A stretch of DNA of 63,358 nucleotides, counting the filler. It is 5 parts of 5 records of this genome, joined end to end, with 100 filler letters (N's around TTAATTAATTAA, not from the genome) between each part and the next. Parts side by side here need not be neighbours in the genome. Positions count along the whole stretch, not along the records: positions 10,087 to 16,150 come from DRR723986_2282; positions 16,251 to 25,459 come from DRR723986_2283; 3 more parts are not named here. One strand, given 5' to 3'. Numbering within the stretch: the stretch's first letter is position 1; each line of letters begins with the position of its first letter. Of the stretch, positions 10,087-20,443 are shown piece after piece. A program made the position numbers and the translations under genes. Below the pieces are notes generated by a model. The model was not told the DNA's origin and searched no databases. It saw only the letters and a program-made list of their open reading frames with translations.

Positions 10087-10769
10087 CCCGCCGCAATGCG
10101 CGAGCAGCTGCCGATATGGATGTTGCCCAGCACCTTGGCACCGGCGCCGATCAGCACCCCGTCGCCGATCTTCGGGTGACGGTCCTCTTCTTCCTTTCCG
10201 GTCCCGCCCAGCGTGACGGAATGCAGCATGGAGACGTTGTCCCCCACCACCGCCGTTTCACCGATGACGATGCTGTGGGCGTGGTCGATCATGATCCCCT
10301 TGCCGATCCGCGCCGCCGGGTGGATGTCGATCCCAAAGACCTCGGACGACCGCATCTGGAAGAAGTACGACAGATCACGCCGCCCTTCGGTCCAGAGCCA
10401 ATGCGCGACCCGGTAGGCCTGCACCGCCTGAAAGCCCTTGAAGAACAACAACGGCTGCAGGAAGCGATGGCAGGCAGGGTCGCGTTCGTAGGTGGCGACG
10501 ATATCCGCGCGGGCGCTCAGCGCCAGCTCCGGGGCGGCGCTATAGGCCTCGTCGCAGATTTCGCGGATGATCTGCTCGGACATCTCGCCATTCGCCAGCT
10601 TCAACGAGGTGCGATAGCTCAGTGCCCGTTCCATGGTCGGATGGTGCAGGATCGAGGTGTGCACCATGCCCCCCAGCAGCGGCTCCGCCCGGACGGCCTC
10701 TTCGGCCTCACGCATGATGCGGGCCCAGACCGGATCGACTTCGGCCAGTTTCGCGCGTGTTTCGGGCAT
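10087..10769 (-). CDS. cysE: Serine O-acetyltransferase; 3' truncated
   Basis: RDPAC, FKGFQA, DIHPAARIG hexapeptide repeats, TLGGTGKE, DRHPKIG. Confidence 0.95.
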
Positions 10770-10862
10770 GGCTGTTCCTTCCTTTGCTCCGGGCATCCTA
10801 GCAGATAGGCGCCCGGGGCAGAAACGCAAATCCTTGATGCCGGCGATCACGCGGGAAGTGGG

Positions 10863-11186
10863 TCAGGCATCCGCCCGAAAACGGCATGGCCCCGAAACAG
10901 GGTTCCGCGACGACCGCTGCAGCAAGGCGTCGATCACCAGAAACTGGCAATCGAGGTGGTCGCGGTCATCGAACCGTGGCTCGGCAGCGAGCGGGCGGGC
11001 AAGGGCCGCGGCCCTCAGCGTCCCGTTGCCCCAGTCCGGATGGGCGCGGCGAAAGCGGCGGCGGTAGCGATCCGCCGCCTCGGCTTCTGCCACCAGCCTC
11101 CGGGCAAGGCCGGCCCGCCCGCTGGGGGGCGCGGCCAGCAAGGCCCGGGCGGCCGCGCTGACGTCTTCGGGCAGGACCGGCCTCAT
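10863..11186 (-). CDS. Hypothetical protein at the end of the GTA cluster
   Basis: 107 aa, ATGA-coupled to the GTA baseplate gene; contains HPDWGNGTL. Confidence 0.75.
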   Translation of the reverse strand: MRPVLPEDVSAAARALLAAPPSGRAGLARRLVAEAEAADRYRRRFRRAHPDWGNGTLRAAALARPLAAEPRFDDRDHLDCQFLVIDALLQRSSRNPVSGPCRFRADA

Positions 11187-14100
11187 GCGCCCAGCGTCAG
11201 GCTGGCGAAGGGCCCCGGTCCGTAGCTGGCAGAGACTTGCGCCACGTGGAAGTCATAGCTGCCGCTGACCCCATCGGCGGCCTGGGCTGCTGCCGTATAG
11301 GTCCATTCCGGCGCCGGGGTCGTGGTCTCGCGGATCACCGTCTCGCCCTGCTGGACCCGGACGAGGTAGCGTTCCGTCTCTTCGCCCAGTGGTACGTCCA
11401 GGCCCTCCCACGCGTCGCCCTCGATCCGCGTGCGGCGAATCCACGACAGCGCAAGGTCGCTGCCCGGGACACCCTGCGCCCGCAGATGCGCCGGCCGATA
11501 GGGCCGCAGCCCGTTGCCGTCGAAGGCCCCCGCGCGATGCACGTAGCTGGGGTCATCGTAGGGCCGCCGCGCGGGGCCGATGCGATAGTGCCGGTTCACC
11601 CGTCGTTCCGTGGCCTTCAGGGCGATCTGCCTCGGCATCCCGTTCAGCAGGACCACCACCGAGCCCTTCGGCCAGACCTCGGGCATGATCCCGTCGCTGC
11701 CCGCCTGCCCGCGCAGCCGGTGCGACAGCAACCACTGCCCCTGCGCCAAAAGCTGCGCGTCGCGGAACTGGAACACCTCCCAATTGCCGGGAGAGCCGTC
11801 GCCGATCGCCATGACGTTGCCCCCGGCCAGCAGCCCCGCGTCCGAGATCGACTGCAGGGCGCCGCCGTTCAGGAAGACGTGCAGCGGCGCGCCATGATCG
11901 ACCAGCCCCGGAGAGGCGGCATGAAGGTCGTTCTCGGTGACGCCCACGACCGACTGCCCCGGCACGAGCGTGTCGAGCGTATAATCGGCATCCTCCGCCG
12001 AGGAATAGACGGCGACAGAGCCCGGCCATGGCTCTGCGGTCAGGGCCAGATGCGGGGCGTGGGGGACCTCGTCACCGGACAGAAGCGGCAGGTCGAGGAA
12101 GACCGGTGTCACCGGAACCGCCGGCACGAAGGGCCGAAGCGCCGCTTCGCTCTCGTCGAACAGCGAGGGCCGGAAGACGTCCGGCTCGATCCGCACCGCA
12201 TCGACGATCTGATGCTCCATCACCTCGACCTTGTCGATGCGCGCAAGCGTCGGACCCGACTTCGACGGCAGTCGCACGATATCCCCGGCGCCCAGCGCCA
12301 GCTTCGACGGAGGCAGCGCGAACCGCATGGTGTCCCGCGCCACGCGTGCCTCTGCCAGCCAGCGCTCTGCCGTCTGACGCCCCTCGGCCCGGGTCAGCGC
12401 CATGTGCAGGTCAGTTTCCGAAACCGCATGGGTTCGCTCGTCCGGAAGCACGGTTTCCTCCGAAACGATCTGGTGGTCCGCATCGGCCAGCACGAAACCC
12501 ACGCGCACGCGCCCGGCCATCTCGGCCTCGCCGGCCCGGATCTCGGCAAGGTCGCCCTCGATGTCGTCGGTCACGGCAAGATCCGCACGCGCCAGATCCA
12601 CCGGGTTGCTGCCGTCCCGCATACGGAAGACCAGAACGCCGTCCCGCTCGATCGCGTCGAACCCATGGGTCAGCATCAAGGGCTGGAGCGACCGCCGCGC
12701 GTCCTGCACGTTGGTCACGACGTATCCGCGCACGAAACCGTGCAGCTGGCTGGTGTCGATGTCGGTCAACCCCACGCGGTGACAGATCTCGGTCACCACC
12801 GAAGCCAGCGTGCGCCCCGACAGCCGGCCATTCAGCCAATGGCCGCGCCGGTAGTTTCCGCCATCGGACCAGAGCGACCCCAAACCCGGGAACCATGGAT
12901 AGGGCCGCGCATCCCACGCCCAGACGAAGGCGCGCCCCATGTCGAGCATCGGCCCGCCGTAGACCTCGGACACCGGGTTGTGCGCGGGCTCTCCCCAGTA
13001 ACCCAGCATTGCGCGCAGGTACTGCCGCTGGATGGCCTCGTCGCGCATCCCGTTGGAATGATGCGGCAAGGTCGATTCCGAGGACTTCGGGTCGAGGAAC
13101 TTGTTCGGCTGGTTGGTGCCCTTGTCGATGGCAGCGCAGCCAAGCTCGGTGAACCACAGGGGCTTGCCCTGCGGTTCCCAGTCGGTCGGAAGCTCCTGCC
13201 GGACACCCCCGATGCGTTCGTGGTGGCGGTTGGCCCACCAGTTGCGGATGTCCTTGTAGCGCCAGACCCATGGCTCGTCGTAGGTCCCGTCGGTGATCGG
13301 TTCGCGGCGCTGCGCCGCCCGCGCCTCCGGAGAGGGGTAGTACCAATCGTAGCCCTCGCCGCCCTCGATGTTGGCGCGCAGGTAATCGACGTTGTGCACG
13401 GCGCCCCATCCGGCATCCGCATGATCCTCGCCGTCCCGCCAGTCGGACAGCGGCATGTAGTTGTCGATACCGACGAAATCGATGTTCCCGTCCGCCCAGA
13501 GCGGATCGAGATGGAAGTACAAGTCGCCAGAGCCGTCCTGCGGATGATAGCCGAAGTATTCCGTCCAGTCGGCGGCATAGCCGATCTTCACCTGCGGCCC
13601 GAGGATCGCCCGGCATTCCGCCGCAAGCGCCTTCAGCGCGGCCACGGCGGCAAACCCCGACGCGCCGCGGATCTGCGTCAGGCCGACCATCTCGGAACCG
13701 ATACAGAAGGAATCGACGCCCCCGGCCGCGGCACAAAGCGCCGCCTGATGCAGGATGAACCGCCGATAGCGCCATTCCGCCGGACCGGAGTAGGACACCG
13801 AGCCGTCGGAAACGGTGAAATCACTGGCCGAGGTAGTCCCGAAGAAGGCCGCGACCTCGGCGTCTGCTGCCGCCGTCTGGTCGGCGGAACCGTCACGCCC
13901 CGGCGCCACGCCAAGGGTAATCCGCCCGCGCCACGGCAGCACCGGCTGGTCGGACGCGCCCGTCCATGGGTCAGGCAGGCCGTTTCCGGCCATCTGGTCC
14001 ATCAAGATGAACGGGTAGTACAGCACGGCAAGACCGTCCGCGTTCATCCGCCGGATCGCCTGGATGACCGAGGCATCCGTCGGCGTCCCCCCATAGACGG

Positions 14101-15163
14101 GGCGTTCGCCATTGCGCGGCACGAGCGCCGCATCCCCACGCGTCAGTCCGCTGACCGCCCATGGCATCTTCGGCGCGTCATGGTCGGTCTGCTCCACCTT
14201 CGGGCGGATTGTGCATGCGCCGCAGCGCAGGTCGTCCCCGAACCAGCTGACGATCAGGGAGGTGGCCCGGCAGGCCGGGGCTTCCTCGGTCAACTGGGCC
14301 AGCGAGGTGTTGAAGTCCGCCTCTTCCGAGGGCGTGTTGACGTTGGCCACCGCCTTGCCGGTCCGGCGCACGGCCTGCACCTGATTGCCGGTCGTGGAAA
14401 GGCTTTCTGTCGGCGCCGCGGCTTCGGGATCGACGGTATAGGCCATGTAGACCGGCTCCGTCGCCAAGGCATACTCGCCCGTACCGGGGATCATGGCCAC
14501 GCCCTGCAGAAGCGCCGGAAGATCGTCCTCGCCCATCTCGGGCCGGGTCACTTCGAAACTGAACTGCGGCACGCGGTTGCCGAAGCGCGCGAGATCGAGA
14601 TCCTCGAAGACGACATAGGCCGTGCCCCGATAGGCCGGCGTCGCGCCCACACCCTCGACCGCCTCGATGGTCGGGTCGGGCGCCTGATCGCGGGAGCCCT
14701 TGTAGAGACGCATGTTGAGATCGCGAAGCGCCACCTCGGCACCATCGGCCCAGACCCGCTGAACGCTGGTGATCTCGCCCTCGCAAAGCGCCACGGCAAG
14801 GCTGACGGAATAGCTGTACTGGCGCACCTTGGGTTGTTTCGGCGCACCCTTGCCGCCGCCGCCACCCCCGCTCTCGTCGACGTGCTCGGTGAACTCGCTG
14901 GCCCAGATCACGTGACCGCCGATGCGCATCCGCCCGTAGACCTGCGTGATCGGAGCGCCCTCGCCCGCACCGGACAGGCGGAACCGCTCGATACGCCCGG
15001 TTTCCACCGCCTCGGAGCCCTGCCCCATCAGCCGCTGGTCGATGCTACGCCCGATGGTGGCGCCGATGAACCGGCCGACCGCCGTCATGGACAGGCCCAG
15101 AACCGAGCCACCCAGCGAACTGCCAAGAGCCGCACCCGCGGCGGATAGAAGGATCGTCGCCAT
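11183..15163 (-). CDS. Gene transfer agent baseplate multidomain protein (RcGTA g15 'megatron', TIM-barrel + phage tail domain)
   Basis: ~1326 aa; MATILL start, YSVSLAVALCEG, PAYRGTAY, FGNRVPQ, GYAADW, GIDNYMPLSDWR, WAWDARP. Confidence 0.93.
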   Translation of the reverse strand: MATILLSAAGAALGSSLGGSVLGLSMTAVGRFIGATIGRSIDQRLMGQGSEAVETGRIERFRLSGAGEGAPITQVYGRMRIGGHVIWASEFTEHVDESGGGGGGKGAPKQPKVRQYSYSVSLAVALCEGEITSVQRVWADGAEVALRDLNMRLYKGSRDQAPDPTIEAVEGVGATPAYRGTAYVVFEDLDLARFGNRVPQFSFEVTRPEMGEDDLPALLQGVAMIPGTGEYALATEPVYMAYTVDPEAAAPTESLSTTGNQVQAVRRTGKAVANVNTPSEEADFNTSLAQLTEEAPACRATSLIVSWFGDDLRCGACTIRPKVEQTDHDAPKMPWAVSGLTRGDAALVPRNGERPVYGGTPTDASVIQAIRRMNADGLAVLYYPFILMDQMAGNGLPDPWTGASDQPVLPWRGRITLGVAPGRDGSADQTAAADAEVAAFFGTTSASDFTVSDGSVSYSGPAEWRYRRFILHQAALCAAAGGVDSFCIGSEMVGLTQIRGASGFAAVAALKALAAECRAILGPQVKIGYAADWTEYFGYHPQDGSGDLYFHLDPLWADGNIDFVGIDNYMPLSDWRDGEDHADAGWGAVHNVDYLRANIEGGEGYDWYYPSPEARAAQRREPITDGTYDEPWVWRYKDIRNWWANRHHERIGGVRQELPTDWEPQGKPLWFTELGCAAIDKGTNQPNKFLDPKSSESTLPHHSNGMRDEAIQRQYLRAMLGYWGEPAHNPVSEVYGGPMLDMGRAFVWAWDARPYPWFPGLGSLWSDGGNYRRGHWLNGRLSGRTLASVVTEICHRVGLTDIDTSQLHGFVRGYVVTNVQDARRSLQPLMLTHGFDAIERDGVLVFRMRDGSNPVDLARADLAVTDDIEGDLAEIRAGEAEMAGRVRVGFVLADADHQIVSEETVLPDERTHAVSETDLHMALTRAEGRQTAERWLAEARVARDTMRFALPPSKLALGAGDIVRLPSKSGPTLARIDKVEVMEHQIVDAVRIEPDVFRPSLFDESEAALRPFVPAVPVTPVFLDLPLLSGDEVPHAPHLALTAEPWPGSVAVYSSAEDADYTLDTLVPGQSVVGVTENDLHAASPGLVDHGAPLHVFLNGGALQSISDAGLLAGGNVMAIGDGSPGNWEVFQFRDAQLLAQGQWLLSHRLRGQAGSDGIMPEVWPKGSVVVLLNGMPRQIALKATERRVNRHYRIGPARRPYDDPSYVHRAGAFDGNGLRPYRPAHLRAQGVPGSDLALSWIRRTRIEGDAWEGLDVPLGEETERYLVRVQQGETVIRETTTPAPEWTYTAAAQAADGVSGSYDFHVAQVSASYGPGPFASLTLGA

Positions 15164-15166
15164 CAC

Positions 15167-15598
15167 TCAGTCTCCGCTTGGAAAGGCAAAGCGGGCAACG
15201 ACCCGCCGCGCCCATGGCGCGCTCAGCGCGCTTTCGATCACACCATGCCCGTTGTAGGCATGCACAAAACTCGTCACGCCCTCGCAACGGGCCTGAATGC
15301 CGACATGCTTCGCCACCGACCCCTCGCGCATCCGGAACAGCAGGACGTCGCCGGGGGCCGCCATGGACACGGGGCGCGGCAACAGATGCGCCATCGCCGC
15401 GCGCCAAAGCCGCTCGTCCCCCTGTGGTTCGGACCAATCCATGCTGTAGGCGGGTATCGCCTCCGGCTCGGGGCCCAGCACCTCTCGCCAGACGCCGCGC
15501 AAAAGGCCGAGGCAATCGCAGCCCGCCCCCCGCACGCTGGCCTGATGGACGTAGGGCGTGCCGATCCAGCCGCGCGCCGTTTCGACGATGGCATTCAT
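15167..15598 (-). CDS. GTA NlpC/P60-family peptidase (RcGTA g14-like)
   Basis: ARGWIGTPYVHQ, GCDCLGLLRG, AKHVGI; start MNAIV overlaps the upstream stop. Confidence 0.92.
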   Translation of the reverse strand: MNAIVETARGWIGTPYVHQASVRGAGCDCLGLLRGVWREVLGPEPEAIPAYSMDWSEPQGDERLWRAAMAHLLPRPVSMAAPGDVLLFRMREGSVAKHVGIQARCEGVTSFVHAYNGHGVIESALSAPWARRVVARFAFPSGD

Positions 15599-16150
15599 CG
15601 CCGGCTCCCGCCGCCCAGCGCTTTGGCCTGCGAGGGATGGACCGCGATCCAGTCTTCCTCGGGGACGTCCGGAAAGCCATGAAAGTTGAGCACGTTGCCG
15701 AACTTGTAGCGGCAGGTCTCGAAGCGCTTGTCGCACCCGGCGACGATCCGCACCGTATCCCCCGCGGATGCAGTGGCACGCAGGGGCTCCCATATCTCGA
15801 TGACACGCTGCCCGTCGGCCCTGACGCGATCGCGCTTGATGGCACCGCCAAGCCCGGCGGCGTCGCCGCTCAGGACCTCCAGCCGCCCCCGCTGGAACCA
15901 CCCGGAATCGAACCCCGCCAAGGCGCCTGCAAGGAACGCCCGGTTTTCTTCCGCCGCCTGCAACGGCCCTTCGAACACATATCCCGGAGCCGACAGATCG
16001 ACCGCGCAGGCCTTGTCGCCCAGAACCGCCGAACAGGGCCGCTGGTAGACCCGCCCGACGGGACGGTTGAGCGTCTCCGTCAAACCGCGCAGCTCTGCGT
16101 GAAAGGCCCCCGCCCCGCGGCGAATCTCTCCGATGGTGCCCCGGAACATC
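15595..16150 (-). CDS. GTA baseplate hub protein (RcGTA g13/DUF2163-like); 5' truncated
   Basis: AELRGL, CSAVLGD, AGCDKRFETCRYKFGNVLNFHGFP. Confidence 0.9.
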
Positions 16151-16250
16151 NNNNNNNNNNNNNNNNNNNNNNNNNNNNNNNNNNNNNNNNNNNNTTAATT
16201 AATTAANNNNNNNNNNNNNNNNNNNNNNNNNNNNNNNNNNNNNNNNNNNN
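16151..16250. other. Artificial contig spacer
   Basis: Same 100-nt N/TTAATTAATTAA/N linker. Confidence 0.98.
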
Positions 16251-16251
16251 C

Positions 16252-16371
16252 GCCTACCGGCAGGCCGACACCGCGCTGGGTCAGACCAGCCTTGCGGTCG
16301 GGGCCGAGGTGCCGGTGGGCTGGCCTGTGGAGCATGGCGTTCTCGTCACCGGCTCCGCGCCGAAGGAGTAG
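16252..16371 (+). CDS. 3' end of a truncated gene, probably the TOBE tail of a PotA-like ABC ATPase
   Basis: Manual translation AYRQADTALGQTSLAVGAEVPVGWPVEHGVLVTGSAPKE*. Stop lies 3 nt before the next ATG; the operon otherwise lacks its ATPase. Confidence 0.55.
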   Translation, partial: AYRQADTALGQTSLAVGAEVPVGWPVEHGVLVTGSAPKE

Positions 16372-16374
16372 GAT

Positions 16375-18429
16375 ATGGAACAGCTCGAAAACGGCCTGAC
16401 CGGCCGTCTGCGGATCGGCATCGACGTCGGCGGCACCTTTACGGATTTCGTCATGGCCGATGCGGTGACCGGGCGCGTCGCGCTTTACAAGGAGCCCTCG
16501 ACCCCCGACGATCCGTCGCGTGCGCTGATCGACGGTTTGCAGAAGTTCCTTGCCCAGGAATCCATGCAGCCGTCGGACGTCGGCGGCATGATGCACGGCA
16601 CCACCATCGGGCTCAACGCGATCATCCAGCGCCGGGGGGCGACCATCGGCCTCGTGGTCACCAAGGGTTACCGGGACATTCTGGAAATCGCCCGCTGCCG
16701 GATGCCCTCCTCCTTCGATCTGCACGCGGAAAAGGAGGTGCCGCTGGTGCCCCGCGCCCGCGTCATGGAAATCGACGCCCGCTTCGACCGGGACGGAAGG
16801 CTGACCCGCGCGCCCTCCGAGGCAGAGCTGGATCGCGTCGCCGCCGAACTGAGCGCCGTTGGCCTCGACGCGACGGCGCTGATGCTGATCAACGGCTATG
16901 CCGCCCCCGAGGAGGAAGCGCGCATCGCGGACGCTCTGGCGCAGCGTATGGCGCTGCCGGTCTCTTCCGCCGCCGCGATCTGGCCCGAGATCCGCGAATA
17001 CGAACGCACCCTCGTGGCCTGCCTGAACGCCTATATCCAGCCGCTCATGGACGCCTATTTCGCGCGCCTCACCGAAGGGTTGCAGCGCATCGGCGTTTCC
17101 GCCCCGCTGCTGGTCACCGCCTCGAATGGCGGCTCGTTGTCCGTGGGCTCCGCCGTGGCGCGGCCCGTGGAAACCATCCTCTCCGGCCCCGCCTCCGGGG
17201 TGATGGCCGCCGTGCGTCAGGCGGCGCAGTCGGGGATGGAGAACATCATCACCTTCGACATGGGCGGGACCTCGTCGGACATGGCGGTCGCCACGGGCGG
17301 CACGGCGGGCATCGCCACGCGCACCGACATCGGCGGGCTGCCTCTGGTGCTGCCGGTGGTCGATGTGAACGCCATCGGCGCGGGCGGCGGGTCGATCGTC
17401 TGGGCCGACGCGCAGGGCGTTCTGAAGGTCGGCCCGCACAGCGCGGGCGCCCATCCCGGCCCGGTCTCCTACGGGCGCGGCGGCACCGAGCCCGCGGTCA
17501 CCGACTGTTTCATCGCCATGGGCTATATCGACCCGGCGCAATTCGGCGGAGGCGCCATGCCGCTGGACGGAACGGCAGCCCTGACCGCGCTGGACGGCGT
17601 GGCCGCGCGCGTGGGCATGACCGGGGCCGACACCGCCGCGCGCCTTGCCGAGGGCGCGCTTGCGGTGGCCTCTGCCGGCATGGCGGGCTCGTTGTTTCGG
17701 ACCATGGCGGAACGCGGTCTCGACCCGCGCGACTTCGTGCTGCTGCCCTTCGGCGGCGCGGGCCCGACCCATGCCAACCTGCTGGCCGAGGAAATCGGCA
17801 TCGGCCGCATCCTCGTGCCGCAGGCCGCCGGGGCCTATTGCGCCATGGGCGCGGCGGGCGCGGACCTGCGGCGCGACTTCGTGCGCTCCCTGCGCACCCC
17901 CCTGACCGAAACCTCTGCCCGAACCGCAGAGACCACCTTCGCGGCGATGGAGGCCGAGGGACTGGCATGGCTGGAGGGAGAGCTGCCGGACGTGGCCGAG
18001 CGGCGCGTCGAACGCTCTGCCGACATGCGCTACGCCGGTCAGGCCTACGAGTTGCGCGTCTCGCTGGACGGGATCGACGACTGGGCCGAGGCCTTCCACC
18101 GCGAACACGAACGCATCTACGGCTTCCGCGACACCGTCGCCCCGGTCGAGATCGGCACCATCCGCCTTGCCATGATCGGCGCGGGCCAGCCGCTCGCGCC
18201 CTCCGAGGCGACCGGCGACGGCGCCCCGGTCAAGGCCCGCCGCCCGCTGTTCCACAAGGGCGCATGGGTCACGGCCAGCGTGCACGACCGCGCCGCGCTG
18301 GGCGCCGGTGCGCGGATCCCCGGCCCCGCCGTGGTCGAGCAGCCGGAAACCACCACCGTCATCCTGCCCGGCTGGGCCGGAACGGTCGACGCGCAAGGCA
18401 ACCTCATCATCGAAAGGGCCCCGGCATGA
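16375..18429 (+). CDS. Hydantoinase/oxoprolinase subunit A
   Basis: GIDVGGTFTD, HGTT, SGPASG, DMGGTSSD, IGAGGGS. Confidence 0.93.
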   Translation: MEQLENGLTGRLRIGIDVGGTFTDFVMADAVTGRVALYKEPSTPDDPSRALIDGLQKFLAQESMQPSDVGGMMHGTTIGLNAIIQRRGATIGLVVTKGYRDILEIARCRMPSSFDLHAEKEVPLVPRARVMEIDARFDRDGRLTRAPSEAELDRVAAELSAVGLDATALMLINGYAAPEEEARIADALAQRMALPVSSAAAIWPEIREYERTLVACLNAYIQPLMDAYFARLTEGLQRIGVSAPLLVTASNGGSLSVGSAVARPVETILSGPASGVMAAVRQAAQSGMENIITFDMGGTSSDMAVATGGTAGIATRTDIGGLPLVLPVVDVNAIGAGGGSIVWADAQGVLKVGPHSAGAHPGPVSYGRGGTEPAVTDCFIAMGYIDPAQFGGGAMPLDGTAALTALDGVAARVGMTGADTAARLAEGALAVASAGMAGSLFRTMAERGLDPRDFVLLPFGGAGPTHANLLAEEIGIGRILVPQAAGAYCAMGAAGADLRRDFVRSLRTPLTETSARTAETTFAAMEAEGLAWLEGELPDVAERRVERSADMRYAGQAYELRVSLDGIDDWAEAFHREHERIYGFRDTVAPVEIGTIRLAMIGAGQPLAPSEATGDGAPVKARRPLFHKGAWVTASVHDRAALGAGARIPGPAVVEQPETTTVILPGWAGTVDAQGNLIIERAPA

Positions 18430-20414
18430 GCATAGATCCCGTCCTGCTGGAGATCCTCGGCAACAAGGTCGCCTCCGTGACCGAGGAAATGTGCCTGACG
18501 CTGCAACGCACGGGCCGCACGCTCTACGTCAAGGAGACCGCCGATTTCGCCTGCGCGCTGGCCGGGCTGGATGGCCGCTTCTACGCCTATCCCCGCTCCA
18601 TCGGGGTGTCGGGGTTCGTCGGGCTGGAATGCCTGCCCGCGATCGAGGCGGTGATAAAGACGCAGGGCGCGCTGGAGCCGGGCGATGTCATCCTGACCAA
18701 CGATCCCTACCGCTCCACGGGGCTGGCGACCCACCTGCCCGACCTGCATGTGATCGAGCCCTATTTCCACGACGGCCAGATCGTCGCCTATGGCTGGTGC
18801 TTCGTGCATTGCTCGGACGTGGGCGGGCGCGTGGCCTCGTCGATTTCGCCCCTGAACACAGAGATCTTTCAGGAAGGTCTGCGCATCCCGCCGGTCAAGC
18901 TGATGCGCAGGGGAGAGATGGCGCCCGAGGTCAAACTCTTCCTCGACGCCAACTCGCGCACCCCCGAGGCCAACATGGGCGACATCCGCGCCATGCTGGC
19001 GGCGCTTGCCACCGGGCGGCGGCGCATGGCGCAACTGGTCGGACAACACGGGGTCGAGACCCTGAAGGACGCGCCGGAGGCGTTGATGTCCTATGCGGCA
19101 GGCAAGGCCGAAGCGGTGCTGCGCACGGTGCCCGAAGGCAAATACAGCTTTTCCGACTACCTCGACGACGATGCGGCCAGCCGCCTTCCGGTGCGCCTTG
19201 CGGTGACGGTGGAGATCGCGGACGGCAAGGTCCATCTCGATTTCACCGGCTCCGATCCGCAGGTCGCCACGGCGATGAACATCCCGTCCTGCGGGCGGCC
19301 CCACGCGTGGCTGACGCTGCGGATGCTGGCGCTCGTGCAGACGCTCGACCGCTCCGCTCCGCTCAACGCCGGGCTGCTGCGCCCCCTGTCGATCCACGCG
19401 CCGCTGGGCAGCCTCGTGAACCCCGAGGAACCGGCGGCGACCGGCGTGCGCCATGCCGCCGCGATCCGGGTCAACGACATCCTCAACGGCGCCTTCGGCC
19501 TTGCCCTGCCCGACGTGCTGCCCGCCGCCGCCTCGGGCACGGTCATTCCCATCGTGATGAGCGAACCCAAGGCCACCGGCGGCCGCATGGTGCAGGTGAT
19601 CGAGCCGCTGATCGGCGGCACCGGCGCGCGGCGCGGCCATGACGGCGTCGACGGGCGCGACAGCGGCATCTCCAACCTCGCCAACAACCCGGTCGAGACC
19701 GTCGAGGCCGAGCTGGGCGTCGAGGTGCTGCACTACGGCCTGCGTCCCGACAGCGGCGGCGCCGGGCAATGGCGCGGCGGCTGCGGCATGAAGCTGAGCT
19801 TCAAGGTTCTCACGGATGGCAGCCATGTTCTGGGGCGCGGGATGGAACGCCTGCTGTTCCGGCCCTGGGGTCAGGCGGGCGGCCAACCCGGTCAGCCCGG
19901 ATCGCTCGTCATCAACGAAGGCGCCCCGCGTGAGCGGCGTCTGGGTAAGATCGACCTCCTCGAGGTGCAGGCGGGCGACATCGTCACCTTCCGCACCCCC
20001 GGCGCGGGCGGCTTCGGCAACCCGATGCGGCGGGACCCCGAGGCGGTTCTGGCGGACGTGATGGCCGGGTTCGCGACGGCATCGGCGGCGCGGCGGGACT
20101 ACGGCGTGGTGCTGACGGACGGCCGAATCGACCCCGAGGCCACCGCCGCGCTGCGTCAGGGCGCGGGCCGCGACGATGGCACCGTCTTCGGCCCCGAACG
20201 CGACGCATGGGATGGTATCTTTTCATCCACGGCGATGGACCGACTCAACGCGGCGCTGCTGGCCCTGCCGCTGTCGCAGCGCCAGACTCGCCGCCGCGAA
20301 ATCTTTGAAACCGTGTTGGCGGACCTGCCCAGCAGCTTCCCGCGCAGCGCGATCAGTCAGGCTCAGGCGGAAACGGCGCGCAAGACGCTGACGACCCTGC
20401 TCGAAACGCTTTGA
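18426..20414 (+). CDS. Hydantoinase B/oxoprolinase subunit
   Basis: PGDVILTNDPY, THLPD, HCSDVGG, EIFQEG, DSGGAGQWRGG, TPGAGGFG; ATGA overlap. Confidence 0.93.
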   Translation: MSIDPVLLEILGNKVASVTEEMCLTLQRTGRTLYVKETADFACALAGLDGRFYAYPRSIGVSGFVGLECLPAIEAVIKTQGALEPGDVILTNDPYRSTGLATHLPDLHVIEPYFHDGQIVAYGWCFVHCSDVGGRVASSISPLNTEIFQEGLRIPPVKLMRRGEMAPEVKLFLDANSRTPEANMGDIRAMLAALATGRRRMAQLVGQHGVETLKDAPEALMSYAAGKAEAVLRTVPEGKYSFSDYLDDDAASRLPVRLAVTVEIADGKVHLDFTGSDPQVATAMNIPSCGRPHAWLTLRMLALVQTLDRSAPLNAGLLRPLSIHAPLGSLVNPEEPAATGVRHAAAIRVNDILNGAFGLALPDVLPAAASGTVIPIVMSEPKATGGRMVQVIEPLIGGTGARRGHDGVDGRDSGISNLANNPVETVEAELGVEVLHYGLRPDSGGAGQWRGGCGMKLSFKVLTDGSHVLGRGMERLLFRPWGQAGGQPGQPGSLVINEGAPRERRLGKIDLLEVQAGDIVTFRTPGAGGFGNPMRRDPEAVLADVMAGFATASAARRDYGVVLTDGRIDPEATAALRQGAGRDDGTVFGPERDAWDGIFSSTAMDRLNAALLALPLSQRQTRRREIFETVLADLPSSFPRSAISQAQAETARKTLTTLLETL

Positions 20415-20443
20415 ACGACCCGAAACCCAACGGAGGAAAGACA

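Larger units (their letters stand above)
10863..16150 (-). mobile_element. 3' portion of an RcGTA-like gene transfer agent structural cluster
   Basis: Order g13-g14-g15-small ORF-cysE, composition similar to cysE, no integrase. Confidence 0.88.

Noticed and set aside
11237..15148. 1303-aa plus-strand ORF
   Set aside because: Antisense shadow of the GTA g15 gene in GC-rich DNA; no motifs.
11183..16150. Prophage
   Set aside because: Gene order and cysE linkage match a GTA; no integrase or replication genes.
16195..19886. Long minus-strand ORFs (733 aa, 589 aa)
   Set aside because: Antisense shadows of the hydantoinase genes; one ends only at the linker.
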